64,000 nt of DNA from Macrostomum lignano (Eukaryota). This document shows positions 30,971-44,400 of the stretch, one piece after another (the stretch's first letter is position 1; each line of letters starts with the position of its first letter). The stretch is taken from assembly GCA_002269645.1 (NCBI GenBank), contig NIVC01001395.1, positions 186,001 to 250,000 on the forward strand. The letters are read 5' to 3'. Under the pieces are notes generated by a model, which saw only the letters and a program-made list of their open reading frames with translations, did no database searches and was not told the origin of the DNA. The position numbers and the translations under genes were made by a program.

Positions 30971-32043
30971 ATGGCTAGTGCATATGGCGATAAAGTTTCG
31001 CAGCGCCTGATCGTTTTTGCTTTTGCGGACGAAGGCATGTCCGTGAACACTATCCACCAGAGATTAGTCAGCCGTTTTGGAGATGATGCCTGCTGTCGAG
31101 CAACCGTCGCGAACTGGGTCCGGAAGAGAAAGGACGGCGAAATGAGCGTGCAGGACAAGCCACGCTCAGGCCGACCAGCTACTGCAGTCAACGACAGCAG
31201 TGCCATCCTGATCGAAGAGCTGGTAAGTGAAAACGGCCACATCACTATTGACGAGTTGGCCAATGCCGCCGGGATTTCGTGTGGCTCGGTCTTCCAAATT
31301 CTGCACGAGCATCTTGGTCTGTCAAAGCTGGTCTCTCGATGGGTGCCAAGACTGCTAACTGCCGAGCAGAAAAATCGCCGATACGAAGTCTGCTTGCAAC
31401 AAAGGGCGGCAATTTCAGCTCTGGGAGACGAGTTCAAAAGCAGATTTGTAACTCAAGATGAGTCCATGTTTGCCCTGTACGACCCACTCTCCCGGCGGGA
31501 GTCGAGGGCCTGGCTTCCGAGGGGCGGCGGCGGCGGTGACGTCGAAAGCGCAGGCACCTATCCCAAGAAGATCATGTTAAGTGTTTTTTGGGATGCGAGC
31601 GGGCCCCTTATGTTCACGTGGTACGGCCATGGCCAGACACAGAACAGCGAGCGGTTTTGTGACGAGCTCACGAGGCTGAGACAGGAGCTACTGCAACGGC
31701 GTCGGATCGTGCGCAAGGGCGTCCTGCTGCACTGCAACAATGCCCGGCCGCACTCGGCAGCCCTCACTCGCTCTCACATCGACAGCCTCAGATTCCAGCA
31801 GTGGCAGCATCCGCCCTACTCGCCTGATTTGGCACCGTCTGACTATGGTCTTTTTGGACACGTCAAGGCGCAGCTGAGAGGCAAGAGGTTCGCTAGCTTC
31901 CCCGAGCTGCAAACGGCTGTTGAGGGGCTCATCAGAGCGACTCCTAGAGACACGTGGTTATGATGGATCGAAGAGCTGCCGATGCGGTATGACAAGTGCA
32001 TTCAACGGAACGGTGATTACTTCGAAGATTTTCATGATTGGTG
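30971..32043 (+). pseudogene. Mariner transposase, probably inactive
   Basis: HTH region, WVPRLL, TQDE (D1), LHCNNARPH (D2 changed to N), HPPYSPDLAPSDY (D3, 34-residue spacing). In-frame TGA at 31961..31963 precedes the canonical tail ELPMRYDKCIQRNGDYFE. Confidence 0.9.
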
Positions 32044-34087
32044 ATCTGATTTTTGAAGTTTGGGAACTTGCCAACTTGAACCGTTTGCCCCTTTTGCTTG
32101 TACGTTTTGTTATGTGCTTAAAATCGTATTGCTAATTTCGTAGGTTCGTCAGTAAATGATCGATTGCTTTCGTTCTGTCTATACGACCAAGCTGAAACTC
32201 TAGCACTGAATTCATCAAAATATAGACCCATGTTTGTATAAATTATCATCAAAATCGGTCGAACAGATGCAGAGATATGAGGGGTGTCTAAGAACTTTTT
32301 GAATACACTAAGGTAATAATAAAATAATATTAACATGATCATGCTTTTAAGTTATGATAATAAAAAGAAATGCCTCTATTGATTAGATACCAATGTTGCT
32401 TTGCTTGCTTGTTTTTTATTTCATAATGAATAAAATAGCTCTAAATTCTTTGCAGAAATAAGTTAGAGATCTATACTTTTTATATATAAGTATATATTAA
32501 TGATATTCAGTTTCAAGGTTTTCAAACAAAGCATAGACTTATACTCAAAACCTTAATTAATATAATATAGTGTTAGGCACAAGACTTAATTGGTGAAAAC
32601 TGATACTCTGAAAACTGAAAAAAAAGTACTGTCAAATACCTGAAAGTCCCATATCCAAATTTGAGTATTGGCAATATTCTAATTCCAATACTTTTTTTTA
32701 AATGTTTAACTAATAGAAATGCATATATAATCTAAGCTTTTTAGACCTTGTCCAAGATTTTTAAGGCAAAGAAACTAAGCTTAGCATTGTTTTCAATGAA
32801 AGAGTTCTCAATAAAACAAATTAAATTAAATTAACAAATGAAAAACAATTAGTTGCCTTTGTAGACAATCAGTCAACTACTTACTAGCCATTGTAGTCAG
32901 TCTTCTTTGTCAGTAATTTAATTGTTTTAGTAGTATGGCAGCCTGCCAGTCTATTATTGGTGTACTTACATGCTTTCTCTCTACATGTAAACCTATAAAG
33001 TAAATTGCATTACTTCTCTTCCCTATACTCAACTTGGCCTTGATCAATATATGCACCCTATATAGTGGTTTCATTCATTTATTGCTGACTGCTTGCTTGT
33101 ATTTATATTTGCTTGTACATATTGTTCACTAAGTTGCTAATGTTACTAGAATAGTATCCATACTCATATATTTCCTATTGAAAAAATTATAGAATCAAAT
33201 TGGCAATTGAAGTGGCTGACAGTGACAATGTCAAAGAACTTGCAGCATGATAATGGCTCATTCCATATAAGATGGACATATTTGGAAAATAGAAAAAAGT
33301 CAATATTTTTGCTTGCCATTGCCTAATTAGCCTATTTTTTTACCAAATGTTTATATTGTGCAATATATACAATCTAAGAATAAAGGAATGGTAAAATGTT
33401 GGATTAGTATGTTATCAATTGGCAAAAAGTCATTTTTGTAAAAATTTGGACATTTTTCGAAGCAAAAGACATCATTAAGATTTTGTACCTTTTAAAAACA
33501 AATAGAAAGCTTTTGAAGGTTGAAACAAACTATAGATAAAAGTATAGTACTTGCATCATCAGATAAAAGCATTGGTGACCAAATAATCTATTATATTTTT
33601 AATGTATTAGTACCTCAAAGTTACTGAATTGACAGAAAAAAATATGTTACGACCATAAGGCTGCCTTTTCTTTTGTATCTTTGTTGCCTTTTGAGTTTAT
33701 ATATTCTAATAAAAGATTATGATTTCTAAAGATGTTCTACTTCTTAGTCAAATTTTAAAAATGTATTGCAAAATATCAAAAATGAAAAATGTTATAAGAC
33801 TTTTACCTTTTAGTTTCTATATGTCAAAAATCCTGTCGTTACGACCATAAGTGTCATTTAAGGTTTAATAGCATCTATACTAATGATGATATCCATATGA
33901 AACTCTATAAATATATTCTAGACAAAATAATCTTTCATTTAAAATATTGGTTTAGTATATTCTATTATTAGATTTCATTTTATAAGTAAAAATAACCTGT
34001 CATGTTACGACCATGCTTGTATGGAATGAGCCTAATTGACTAAATAGTATCATTTTTATGATACTTACTAATCACTATAAGTAACTA

Positions 34088-34393
34088 CATGCCCAATCTC
34101 AAAATTTCACCTGTCTAGTGTGGCTTAGTTTTGTTTGGTTTGCAACTTAGTTCCTCTCAATTGCAACTTAATTTTCACTTTTTATATGACTTTTTTTGCT
34201 TTTTTCTCTTATTTTCTCTTCTCTTTCCCCTTTCTTCTTTCTTTCTTCTCTTTCCTTTTCTTCTTTTCTCTTTTTCTCTTTTCTTTCTTCCTCTAATTTT
34301 TTTGTTTTTTTGCATTTTCAATTCTGCAACTTACCTTGGCTGGCGGCCATTTCACCCATCCTATTCAGATGGGTCAGATGGGTGTTGGGCATG
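34088..34393. mobile_element. Tc1/mariner-type MITE (TIR CATGCCCAA, TA flanks), copy 1
   Basis: TA|CATGCCCAA...TTGGGCATG|TA; body homologous to 37888..38746; internal TC-rich tract. Confidence 0.7.
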
Positions 34394-34726
34394 TATTAGT
34401 AACTAATTGATAAAATATACATGATGCAAGCTAGGCTATTTTAAAAAGTTTTAAAAACTTGTTTTAAGAAAGAAAATATTATTATTTCAGCTTTATTGAC
34501 CAAAAAGTGAAGTATTTATTATTACTTTCTATAAAAGTATACAACTATTTTATTCATTTAAAGAAATTTTGATTGTTTGCATGCTCAATATTTCAATAGA
34601 ATTAGACTATTGGAAAAAATTTTAAATTGTATTAGAAGTTACCAAAGTCTATTAGTACCAAAAAGTATTGGCTTCCAATACTCAGACACCCAAAAGGTAT
34701 CACTGATAGTATTGGAGTATTAGAAT

Positions 34727-35615
34727 TAGGGATGCCAATTCTGGTTAACCAGTTAATCAAAAAACTGGTTTTGGTCTGTTTTTTTCACTTTTTTATATTT
34801 TTATATTGTTATATAGCATGTCATAATCAATAAACCATTTCTACGCAAGATTTGTATATAAATTCAACCATAATTTATGAATTACTAATCAGGAATCACA
34901 ATTTGTAGATGAAATATGTATTATGAAAAGGAATAGGGCCTAATCTAATAATCATACTGATCAAATAAACAAAGCAATATGCAATAAATCTATTTTAATA
35001 GCCTATCAAATTATCAACTATATTAAGTATTGTCATTAATAAATATGATTTTGTTGTGTGCTTAGATCTTGATTGAATACTTGAATTGACTTTGAACTAT
35101 TAAGTCTGTGTTGTGTATACTACATATGTTATTGATAATTTGAAAATAAATTTTCGATTTTTTTAGCAAATACATTATTATAATGTTATTTATATAGCTT
35201 TTAAACAGTTAGTTTCTATTGATAATGAGATAATGAGATCAGTTGAGAAAGCAAAGCATGTGTATTAATGCACTGACACTGATTTACTTTTTTTGGTTAT
35301 TATTTCACTTTATTCATTTGCAAAGGAAAAAAATTGCCAACCTTAAGAAAATTTCTAGTTGAAAATGAATAATAATTTGAATGCATCCTTCATTTGATAA
35401 TAGATGAGTACATTAGAAAAACAAGATATGATTCAAAATCAATTTCAAGCATATTTTTAATTTTAGTGCGAGCATGCTAAATGACCTTTTTTGAGTGGTC
35501 TTGTAGCAAAAATTGGTAAGCTAATTTTGAAATCACTCAAATCAGTTTTGGCCAAAAAACAGATTTTAAAACCAGCTAAATGGTTCCACAAAATTGACAG
35601 TTTTTGGCATCCCTA
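34727..35615. mobile_element. Possible old hAT-like non-autonomous element
   Basis: 12-bp inverted termini TAGGGATGCCAA / TTGGCATCCCTA; no clean TSD. Confidence 0.4.
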
Positions 35616-37138
35616 GACCTAATCAGAATTGTGCCTAAGACTGATAATATTAATATATGTCTCAGTCTATCTTGGCCGTTGGCCTAAGCCCAACTTAGCA
35701 ACTATACTGACTGTATGTAGCCTAAAGGTCTACTTAGGCTTTTATCCAAAATGGTTGTCCCTGAAACAGTCTGTCGCCAAAATTGAGCAGATGAAAAGTA
35801 CTTTGTAACTTTATAAATATAAGTAAGTAGACTAACAATAACATAAAAAGAACAAATTAAAGCCAAAATGAAGCTAAGGGTTGTTGTAATGATTTGAATA
35901 TAGGCTAGGCCTACCGTCTTAAAATAGTTTTTAGGCAACAACATTCTTGTCATTTTAGAGCAGTTTTAAAAAGGGTGTGCCATTTTTATTATACAACACG
36001 GCCAACGCTGAACGGAACGCATAATACTTGCATAAAAGAACCTTCGCCATGCCTATAAATTATAAATATGAGTCAACACGACAACAGTGAAGACGCAAAT
36101 TTTTTTTCGTAAAATAAATAAAAAATATCATTAGAATGCAGGTATTGTTTTTTGTAGCCAAGATTTGTCAGTTGGCCTCGCTTCGTGTTCGTGATGAATT
36201 GTTTTGAATTATTGTTCACAAAAATCATACAATGTTCAGACGTTCAGCGATAAGATGTCTAAGAAAATATAAACTTAAATTTAGTGTCTTGTTTTAGTAG
36301 AATAACAAATAGTAACTATTTAAATATAATTAACTGACTGACCGCAACCAAAAAACTTTTCAGTACAAATAATATTTAAAAATTATTGATAAAATTAACG
36401 CATGGTACTTTAAGTTCATTAGATTTTAAGTTTTTTTGCAGGAAAAAATAACTCTAAATTTTCTAGTGACGAAATCTGATGTAATATTGTTGTAGAGAAA
36501 TCTATGATTGAATAAGCGAACTCTAGCGGCGCACCGTAAGCCCGTAGCCTCTAATAACCTAATAAGCTACTTTGGCGTTAAGTAGGTCTAACTAATTCTA
36601 TGTAAGATAAGGCATTGCCATTGTGTTAGTTTCTTAATCTTAGTTTAAAAAGTTTAAAAAAATTACAATGTCCCAATGCCAATTTTCAATGTTTTACTTA
36701 ATCTAATTTTTTTGTAATAAGTAAAAATATTTTAGGTCCGAAATCCTATAGGCCTAATTTCATTTATTTTTTAGTTCTAGGCTTATTTAAAGGGTTTTAC
36801 TATAGAAGTTGCTTAAGTTATGCAGGTAGGGACTTAAGTCTCTCTCATTGAGTGAGTGAGGGTCTTGCCTTGTGACTTGACAATGTCATGAATGATGAAT
36901 TTAATTTTAAAGAACAAATTAAGACAAAAAAGTTGCCTAGTTTTTTTGCAAAGCAGATTGCAGAATATACACATTTAGGCCTAGGGCTTAAGTTGTTATA
37001 GGCCTAAGTCTTTTTTGTAGAATTTCTTAAATAAAGATAGGCCTAAGTAAAAATCATTTTAAGAAGGTTCCTAGGCCTACTAAGACTCAAACTTTTTATT
37101 TAGAGTTCTAAGTTCTGTAACTTATACAATGTAGCTAG

Positions 37139-37643
37139 CCATACTCAGGATCATGTAGTATACGCCCGAAAATTTGGGTGTGCATTGGCCTTGCATACCA
37201 AAATTAGGCGTGCACAGTTGGCGTACATCACTCCTGAGAAAAAAGTATGCGTGCACACCTGGTGTTCACTTTATAGAATAATGCGTAAGAGTTATTGTAA
37301 AGTAGAAAAAAGATGAAAAAAGTTCATTTTTAGGCGCAAATTTCAAGCTTTCTGGTTTTTTCCAGCTCGTAAGAGAGTATTTAAACAAATCTTTGTGTGT
37401 ATAAACTTTCCGCTGTAAATAGTATCGCCCAAAAAGCCTTAAAAGCAACAAAAATTATTTAATAATAAGGGTCTATTACAAAATTTAAAAAAAGGTCTTT
37501 TATTGTCCCAATGTAAAAAAGGTCATTTATTGTTGCAACACCAACGTATTTTTGAGAATGGGTGCACACTAATTTTTTTCGGCGTGCATTTATAATTATT
37601 CAATTTTTGTTCAGGCGTGCACCCAGCATGATCTGGACTATGG
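37139..37643. mobile_element. MITE with CCATAST..GATCATG TIRs and 8-bp TSD (hAT/P-type)
   Basis: CCATACTCAGGATCATG...CATGATCTGGACTATGG; flanks GTAGCTAG / GTAGCTAA (7/8). Confidence 0.7.
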
Positions 37644-37887
37644 GTAGCTAAGTGGTTATAGCCATAGTCCTGATCATGCTAGGTATATACCCAAACAAAA
37701 ATAAAGAATGCATACCAAAAAATTGAGTGCATGCCATTCCCAATACTATATGCAACAAATGACCTTTTTATATTTTTTAAATATATGAACTTCTTTGAAT
37801 TGCATAAAAGAACCTTTTTGGTAGATAATTTAGTAGATTTTTATGCTTTTTAGCAATATTATTTATAGTGAAAAATCATAGCTCCTA

Positions 37888-38746
37888 CATGCCCAATCTC
37901 AAAATTTCACCTGTCTGATGCAACTTAGTTTTGTCAAGATTTGCGACTTAGTTTCTCCCAATTGCGACTTAATCTTCACTTTGTATATATTACTTTTCTT
38001 GCCTTTTTCTTTTCTTTTCTTTTTTTTCTCTCTTCTCTTTCTTTTCTCTCTCTTCTTCCTCCTTTCTTTTCCTTCTCTTCCTCTCCTTTTTTCTCCCAAT
38101 TTTTTGTGTTTCACATTTTTGATTTTGCAACTTACCTTGGCCAGTGCCATACTCAGAAAGGTTACTACATGTAAGCTGGAATTTTCCGGCGTACCATTAA
38201 AAAGTTTGGCTATTTTGGCATACCACTTTGAGCTCACAAAAATTTGTGGCATACCAATTTTGGTGAATAAATTCATGCTGTGTATAAAAATTGAATTAAA
38301 AATTGAAAAAAATAATAATTTAAATTAACCCTTTTTAGTTTTTATGTAAAATGAAGGAAAATTTGTATAGTCTAGAAAGTCAGTGATAAACTTTTTGCTT
38401 TTTTAAAATTAACAATGAATAAAACTTGTGTAAATTATTGCTAAGAATGTAAATTTTGCATTCATTTTTCTGAAGGTTTAATTTAAGTTTGTTTAAAATG
38501 AAAATATTTGTAATATTTGAAAGAATTTTTGTATGAAAGCCTTTCTTAGAAAACTCTACTCGTGAAAACCAAATGACCTTTTTTAGGAGGAATTTTTGCT
38601 GTACATTTTAGGGATTTTTTTGTTTTTGGTGTACACTGGCATACATTTAGCTGAGATAGGATTCTTGTTCCAGCGTACACTACTACACGATCCAAACCAT
38701 GGGGCCAGTGGCCATTTCACCTATCCAGTTTGGACGTTTGGGCATG
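37888..38746. mobile_element. CATGCCCAA MITE copy 2, containing a nested 556-bp CCAT-type insertion (38147..38702)
   Basis: TA-flanked TIRs. Nested insert begins CCATACTCAG, ends CCATGG and is flanked by perfect GGCCAGTG duplicates (38139..38146, 38703..38710). Copy 1 lacks the insert. Confidence 0.72.
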
Positions 38747-41423
38747 TATATGGAAAATTGATACTTTGCAAAGATTTATTTAAATGCCTTAATATAAGCT
38801 TGAAAAACCTGAAAACCAGGAAAGCTTTAAATTTATACTTAAAAATAAACTTTTTTATCTTTTTTCTACTTTGTCTTAACACTAACTTTTCTATGCAATT
38901 CTATAAAGTATATGCCAAGTGTGCATGCACATTATTTTCTTAGGCCTAGGAGTAATACACACCAACTGTGTATGCCTAGGCCTACTTTTGGCATGCAAGG
39001 CCAATGTACGTCCAAATTTTTGGGGTCCATAAGAATTGCCCACCAAGATTTGCCCATGGGAGATTTGCCTGTCAGGATTTGCCTGCCAAGTTTTTCCTGC
39101 CAAGATTTGCCTGCAATGCATTTTGCCCATGAGCATTTGACAGCTAGATTTTGTCTACAATGCACCCCCCAAAAATATGCATTTCATATGTAGTTACTAT
39201 CAAAATATTTGATTGGGTAAATCTCTTTATTTAGACTTACTAAGCATTGGAGAGGCAATGCAGACAAAATCTGCCATGTGGCTATTTAAATGTGCTACAG
39301 GAAAAAATCATTGCAGGCAAATCTTGGCAGGACAAGCTTAGCAGGCAAATCCCAATAGGCAAATCTCATATGGGCAATTTTTCTGTGGGCATCTCTTGTG
39401 CTCTTGAATTTTTGTGCATATAAAGTCTATAAATGTGCATTAAGCATTATACACTTTGTGTACCAAATATGGTATCAAGGAAGCAAATTGATATATAACA
39501 AGAGTAACTATGACTAAGTTGCCTTGTTAGCTAGGCCCAAATAATAAGTAGTCCTAGGTAATTTATTAAGCTAGGTAATTTGTTAAGTTTTATTAACTAA
39601 ACTATAAAAAACTTGCTTAAGCTACCTACCTTATTATCTTATAAGTTTTATTAATTTAGCTAATAAGCAATTTACTATTTTTCATTTAGTTGAAATTTGT
39701 AGAAAATGTAGAACTTTGTGTGCCTCTTTATCTTGACCTGTAGCTCTTATTAAAATATTTTCAAGCTAAAACTATGACTAATTAGTAGTTTTTTAATATT
39801 ATATAAAATTATAATAAAAGCCTTAAAAAATCTGGCTTAGCCAGAGGAAAGCACTAGTGAGCTATCCTTCACTATATTATCACTTCTCCATGCTATCTTT
39901 TAAATATGTGCTATCCTTCGGCTTCTAGTGTGCTAGCCTTTTTGGCATGCTGCTTCTCAGCCCTTCTGACATGCCACCCCTTCGCCTTTCTGATGCATCA
40001 GTGTGCCAACACTTTTCAAAGCATGCTAGATAGCTATCTATGAAAATTTCACTTTTTCTAATAGGGACTTCTATTTTTATATGCATCCTATTTTTTGCCC
40101 TGGTTCTTTACCATTGCTATGTGCTATGCTACCATCCTTTGCATTGCATGATTGCTACATACAATGCCAACTGCTGCACAAATGTGCCATTTTCAAGGTC
40201 ATTGCCTTACCTTATTTCCAATCTGCATTAAACACTATAATAATGTCTATTGGCTATAATAGGAGACAAAATTACCAAATTAATAAACAAAATGACTTTT
40301 TATTAATATTAGTAAAACAAAAAAGGCAATAAAAATATAGTAAACAACAAAATCATTATCAACCAACCTTGATCCTAGGCATATAGTTGATTAGTTGCAT
40401 TGGATCATAGGAATATATTTTCAATGTTAGTTTATTTAGTTTTTTTCTGGTATTCTTTGAATGGTAGATATAGAGCTAATATGCACTTTGAATTTGACAA
40501 TTTCTTATTTGAGGAATTTTAAACGTGTCCAAGTATATCTAAGTATGTGCATGCCAATTTATTTTATTGTCTATCTAGCATGTGTATGCAATCCCCTTTT
40601 TTTCTAATAAAACCATAAAAAGCCTTGCAAAGATGCTAAAGAATTGTGAAGAATTGCAAAGATACTAAAGCTCATAGCCATGGTTATTCATTCTAGGGAA
40701 TTTCTAAAAATTTTAGGCATATAAGTTTAGGCATTTGATAACAAGGGGACTTGGTGCAATCTTAAAGCTATTAGGGAAATTAGTAAAATGCAATGGCTCT
40801 TGGAAAGAATTACAAGGATGTCAAGGCTTATTGGGTAATTTCTAAAATGCTTTGGCTTTTAAAAGAACCTGCTAATATGTCAATGCTTATTGTGGAATTG
40901 AGGCTCATTAGGGAGTTGCTAAAATGCTAAAGCTCAAGGCTAACACTGTAATAGCAAAATGTATCATTAAGATGCTACAACCTACTCATAGTGCTATATA
41001 AAATTAGGGTTAGGATTCAACAATATAAAAAATTTCTTTGTTAACTATAAAGTGCTCATGGGATAATTACTGAGATGCCAATCAATGATTTACATAATAA
41101 TTTTTTGAAATTTCAAGGCTTATTGGGGAAATTGCACAATATTAGGGCTTACAGGAAGATAGATATCAAAGCGCATAGAAGAGTTATTAAGATGTCAAGG
41201 CTCTTAGGTGTTGCTAAATTGCTAAATTACTTATTGAATCTGTCTCTATTAGAAAGTTTTCCAATATTGCTTTTATAATAGTTCTAGGTTAGGCTAGAAT
41301 TTTTTTATATAATTCAGTTTCTAGATATAGCCTGATAAAAATAATGATAAAGTTATTCATAAATTTTGTTATAATGTATCCCTTTTAATGTTTTATGTGT
41401 CTATCATTAAATCAGAAATCAAG

Positions 41424-44400
41424 ATGGACATTGATGATCCACCAGTAATCTATGGCCTAGAGACCCAGGCCAGAGCCCTGTGCTCAGTGCCAGCCTTAGA
41501 TGACAGCCAGCAGTTTATTATTGGCACGCAAGGCCTTCGAGTTGAGCACAATCAGCTGCATTTATTGACATTTGATGCCGACACCAATAGTGTTAGCAAA
41601 AGAATATTTGATCATGGCCGAGATGAGATCTGGTCTGTGTCTGTGGCGCCGCAAAACCCCAATCTGTGTGCTACTGTTTTTAACAGGTTAGTAGGGTTTT
41701 GTTTAAACTTGGTGCTGTTTCAATCTATTTAGCACTATTTGTATCTATTTAACGCTATTTCCAACCATTTGGTCCCATTAGAGTCTATTTAGCGCCATTA
41801 GAATCTATTTGGCGCCATTCGAATCCGTTTGGTGCCATTTGAATCCATTTGGCATCATTAGAGTCTATTTGGGGCCATTCGAATCCATTTAGCGTCATTT
41901 AGATGTATTTGGCGCCATTATATTTCATTTGGCGCCATTTTCGGATCCATTTGGCGCCATTAGAATCCATTTGGCGTCATTTAGATGTATTTGGCGCCAT
42001 TATATTTCATTTGGCGCCATTTTCGGATCTATTTGACGCCATTAGAATCCATTTGGCGTCATTTAGATTTTTTTGGAGCCATTCGAATCCATTTGGCGTC
42101 ATTAGATCTATTTGGCGCCATTAGAATCCATTTAGCGTCATTTAGATTTTTTTAGCGCCATTCGAATCCATTTGGCGTCATTTAGATCTATTTGGCGCCA
42201 TTCGAATCCATATGGCGTCATTTAGATCTATTTGACGCCATTAGAATCCATTTGGCGTCATTTAGATCTATTTGGCGCCATTAAAATTCATTTGGCATCA
42301 TTTAGATGTATTTGGCGCCATTATATTTCATTTGGCGCCATTAGAATGCACTTGGCGTCATTTAGATCTATTTGGCGCCATTAGAATTCATTTGGCGTCA
42401 TTTAGATTTATTTGGCGCCATTATATTTCATTTGGCGCCATTAGAATCCATTTGGCGTCATTTAGATTTCTTTAGCGCCATTCGAATCCATTTGGCGTCA
42501 TTTAGATCTATTTGGCGCCATTCGAATCCATATGGCGTCATTTAGATCTATTTGACGCCATTAGAATCCATTTGGCGTCATTTAGATGTATTTGGCGCCA
42601 TTATATTTCATTTGGCGCCATTTTCGGATCTATATGACGCCATTAGAATCCATTTGGTGTCATTTAGATTTTATTGGCGCCATTCGAATCCATTTGGCGC
42701 CATTTAGATCTATTTGACGCCATTAGAATCCATTTGGCGTCATTTAGATGTATTTGGCGCCATTATATTTCATTTGGCGTCATTTAGATCTATTTGGCGC
42801 CATTAGAGTTAATTTGGAGTCATTTAGACCTATTTGGCGCCATTCGAATCCATTTGGCGTCATTTAGATCTATTTGGCGCCATTAGAATCCATTTGGCGT
42901 CATTAGAGTCTATTTGGCGCCATTCGAATCAATTTGGCGCCATTCGAATCCATTTGGCGCCATTTGAACTCAATTAAGTTAATAAATATGACGCAATTGA
43001 GATTTTCCTAGCGCCATTTAGACAATTTAGATCTAATTGGCATCATTGCGTAGACTTATCAGGCGTCATTAAGTTTAATTTTAGGCTCACAGAAAGGTGA
43101 CTAATAATAAATTATTCAAATTTACCACTTCATTAATTTAGGGTAACCATGGACTCGGGCACGAATCCAAGCGTTGCTAAGCGCTGGTGCCTATGGAAAC
43201 TGCCAGAAGAAGAAGACAACCAGACGCCTCGGCATCGAAATAGCTCAGAGGACGCTCTAACCTCGTCTTCATTGTCCTCAGTTGAATCTCTGCAATCGAT
43301 TGGTTCTATTGAACTCGAGCAGCAGGGTGAGCCGCGCTGTTTAGCGTTTCATCCGGAAAGAACGGAAGCCTTGCTGGTATCTGACGGCGGGCTGTATCAG
43401 CTGGGCCTCGGCAGCGGTGAGGTCCGTCTGTTGGCTCACCTGCCAGCTAAAGACGGTCGATCTCAAGTGCGCTACTGGCATGCGGCTTGGAACCCTCATC
43501 ATTCTGCTCAGCAGGTGATCGCCGCCTGCGATTCTGGCGGATTAAGAGGCTTCGATGTTCGCTGCCCGCCTAGCAACGGCCCGGTTGTTGTCATTGACAA
43601 CGCGCATAATGGACAGGTAAACAGATTGGCATTAGAAATGGCCTTTAAACCTACCCAAGAACCATCCTTGAAACTCACGATAAGTCTCCGAAACCTCTCC
43701 GAAACCTACCCTAAATCATCCCCTAGAAACCTACCCTAAGTCACCCTAGAAACCTACCCTAAATCATCCCCTAGAAACCTACCCTAAATCACCCCTAGAA
43801 ACCTACCCTAAATCACCCCCTAGAAACTTACCTTAAATAGCCACTAGGAACCTACCCTAAATCACCCTAGAAACCTACCCTAAATCACCCTTAGAAACCT
43901 ACCCTAAATCACATTTTAGAAACCTACCCTAAATCACCCCCTAGAAACCTACCCTAAATCACCCCTAGAAACCTACCCTAAATCACCCCCTAGAAACCTA
44001 CCCTAAATCACCCCCTAGAAACCTACCCTAAATCACCCCCTAGAAACCTACCCTAAATCACCCCTAGAAACCTACCCTAAATCACCCCCTAGAAACCTAC
44101 CCTAAATCACCCTAGAAACCTCCTTTAAATCACCCTAGAAACCTACCCTAAATCATATTTTAGAAACCTACCCTAAATCACCCCTAGAAACCTACACTAA
44201 ATCACCCCCTTGAAACCTACCTTAAATCGCCCCCTAGAAACCTACCTTAAATCACCCCCTAGAAACCTACCCTAAATCACCCCCTAGAAACCTACCTTAA
44301 ATCACCCCCTAGAAACCTACCTTAAATCACCCCTAGAAACCTACCCTAAATCACCCCCTAGAAACCTACCTTAAATCGCCCCCTAGAAACCTACCTTAAA

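Larger units (their letters stand above)
28258..32313 (+). mobile_element. Mariner (D,D34D) DNA transposon with ~193-bp TIRs and TA TSD, carrying a nested P-like element
   Basis: TIRs at 28258..28450 and 32120..32313 (CCTTAGTGYATTCAAAAAGTTC...), about 5 substitutions plus 1 indel by eye. TA at 28256..28257 and 32314..32315. Confidence 0.92.

Noticed and set aside
30844-31437. 197-aa minus-strand ORF
   Set aside because: Antisense shadow of the GC-rich mariner transposase
32320-41380. Possible hidden protein-coding gene in the AT-rich interval
   Set aside because: Only short low-complexity ORFs and MITE fragments; no splice-consistent coding chain found
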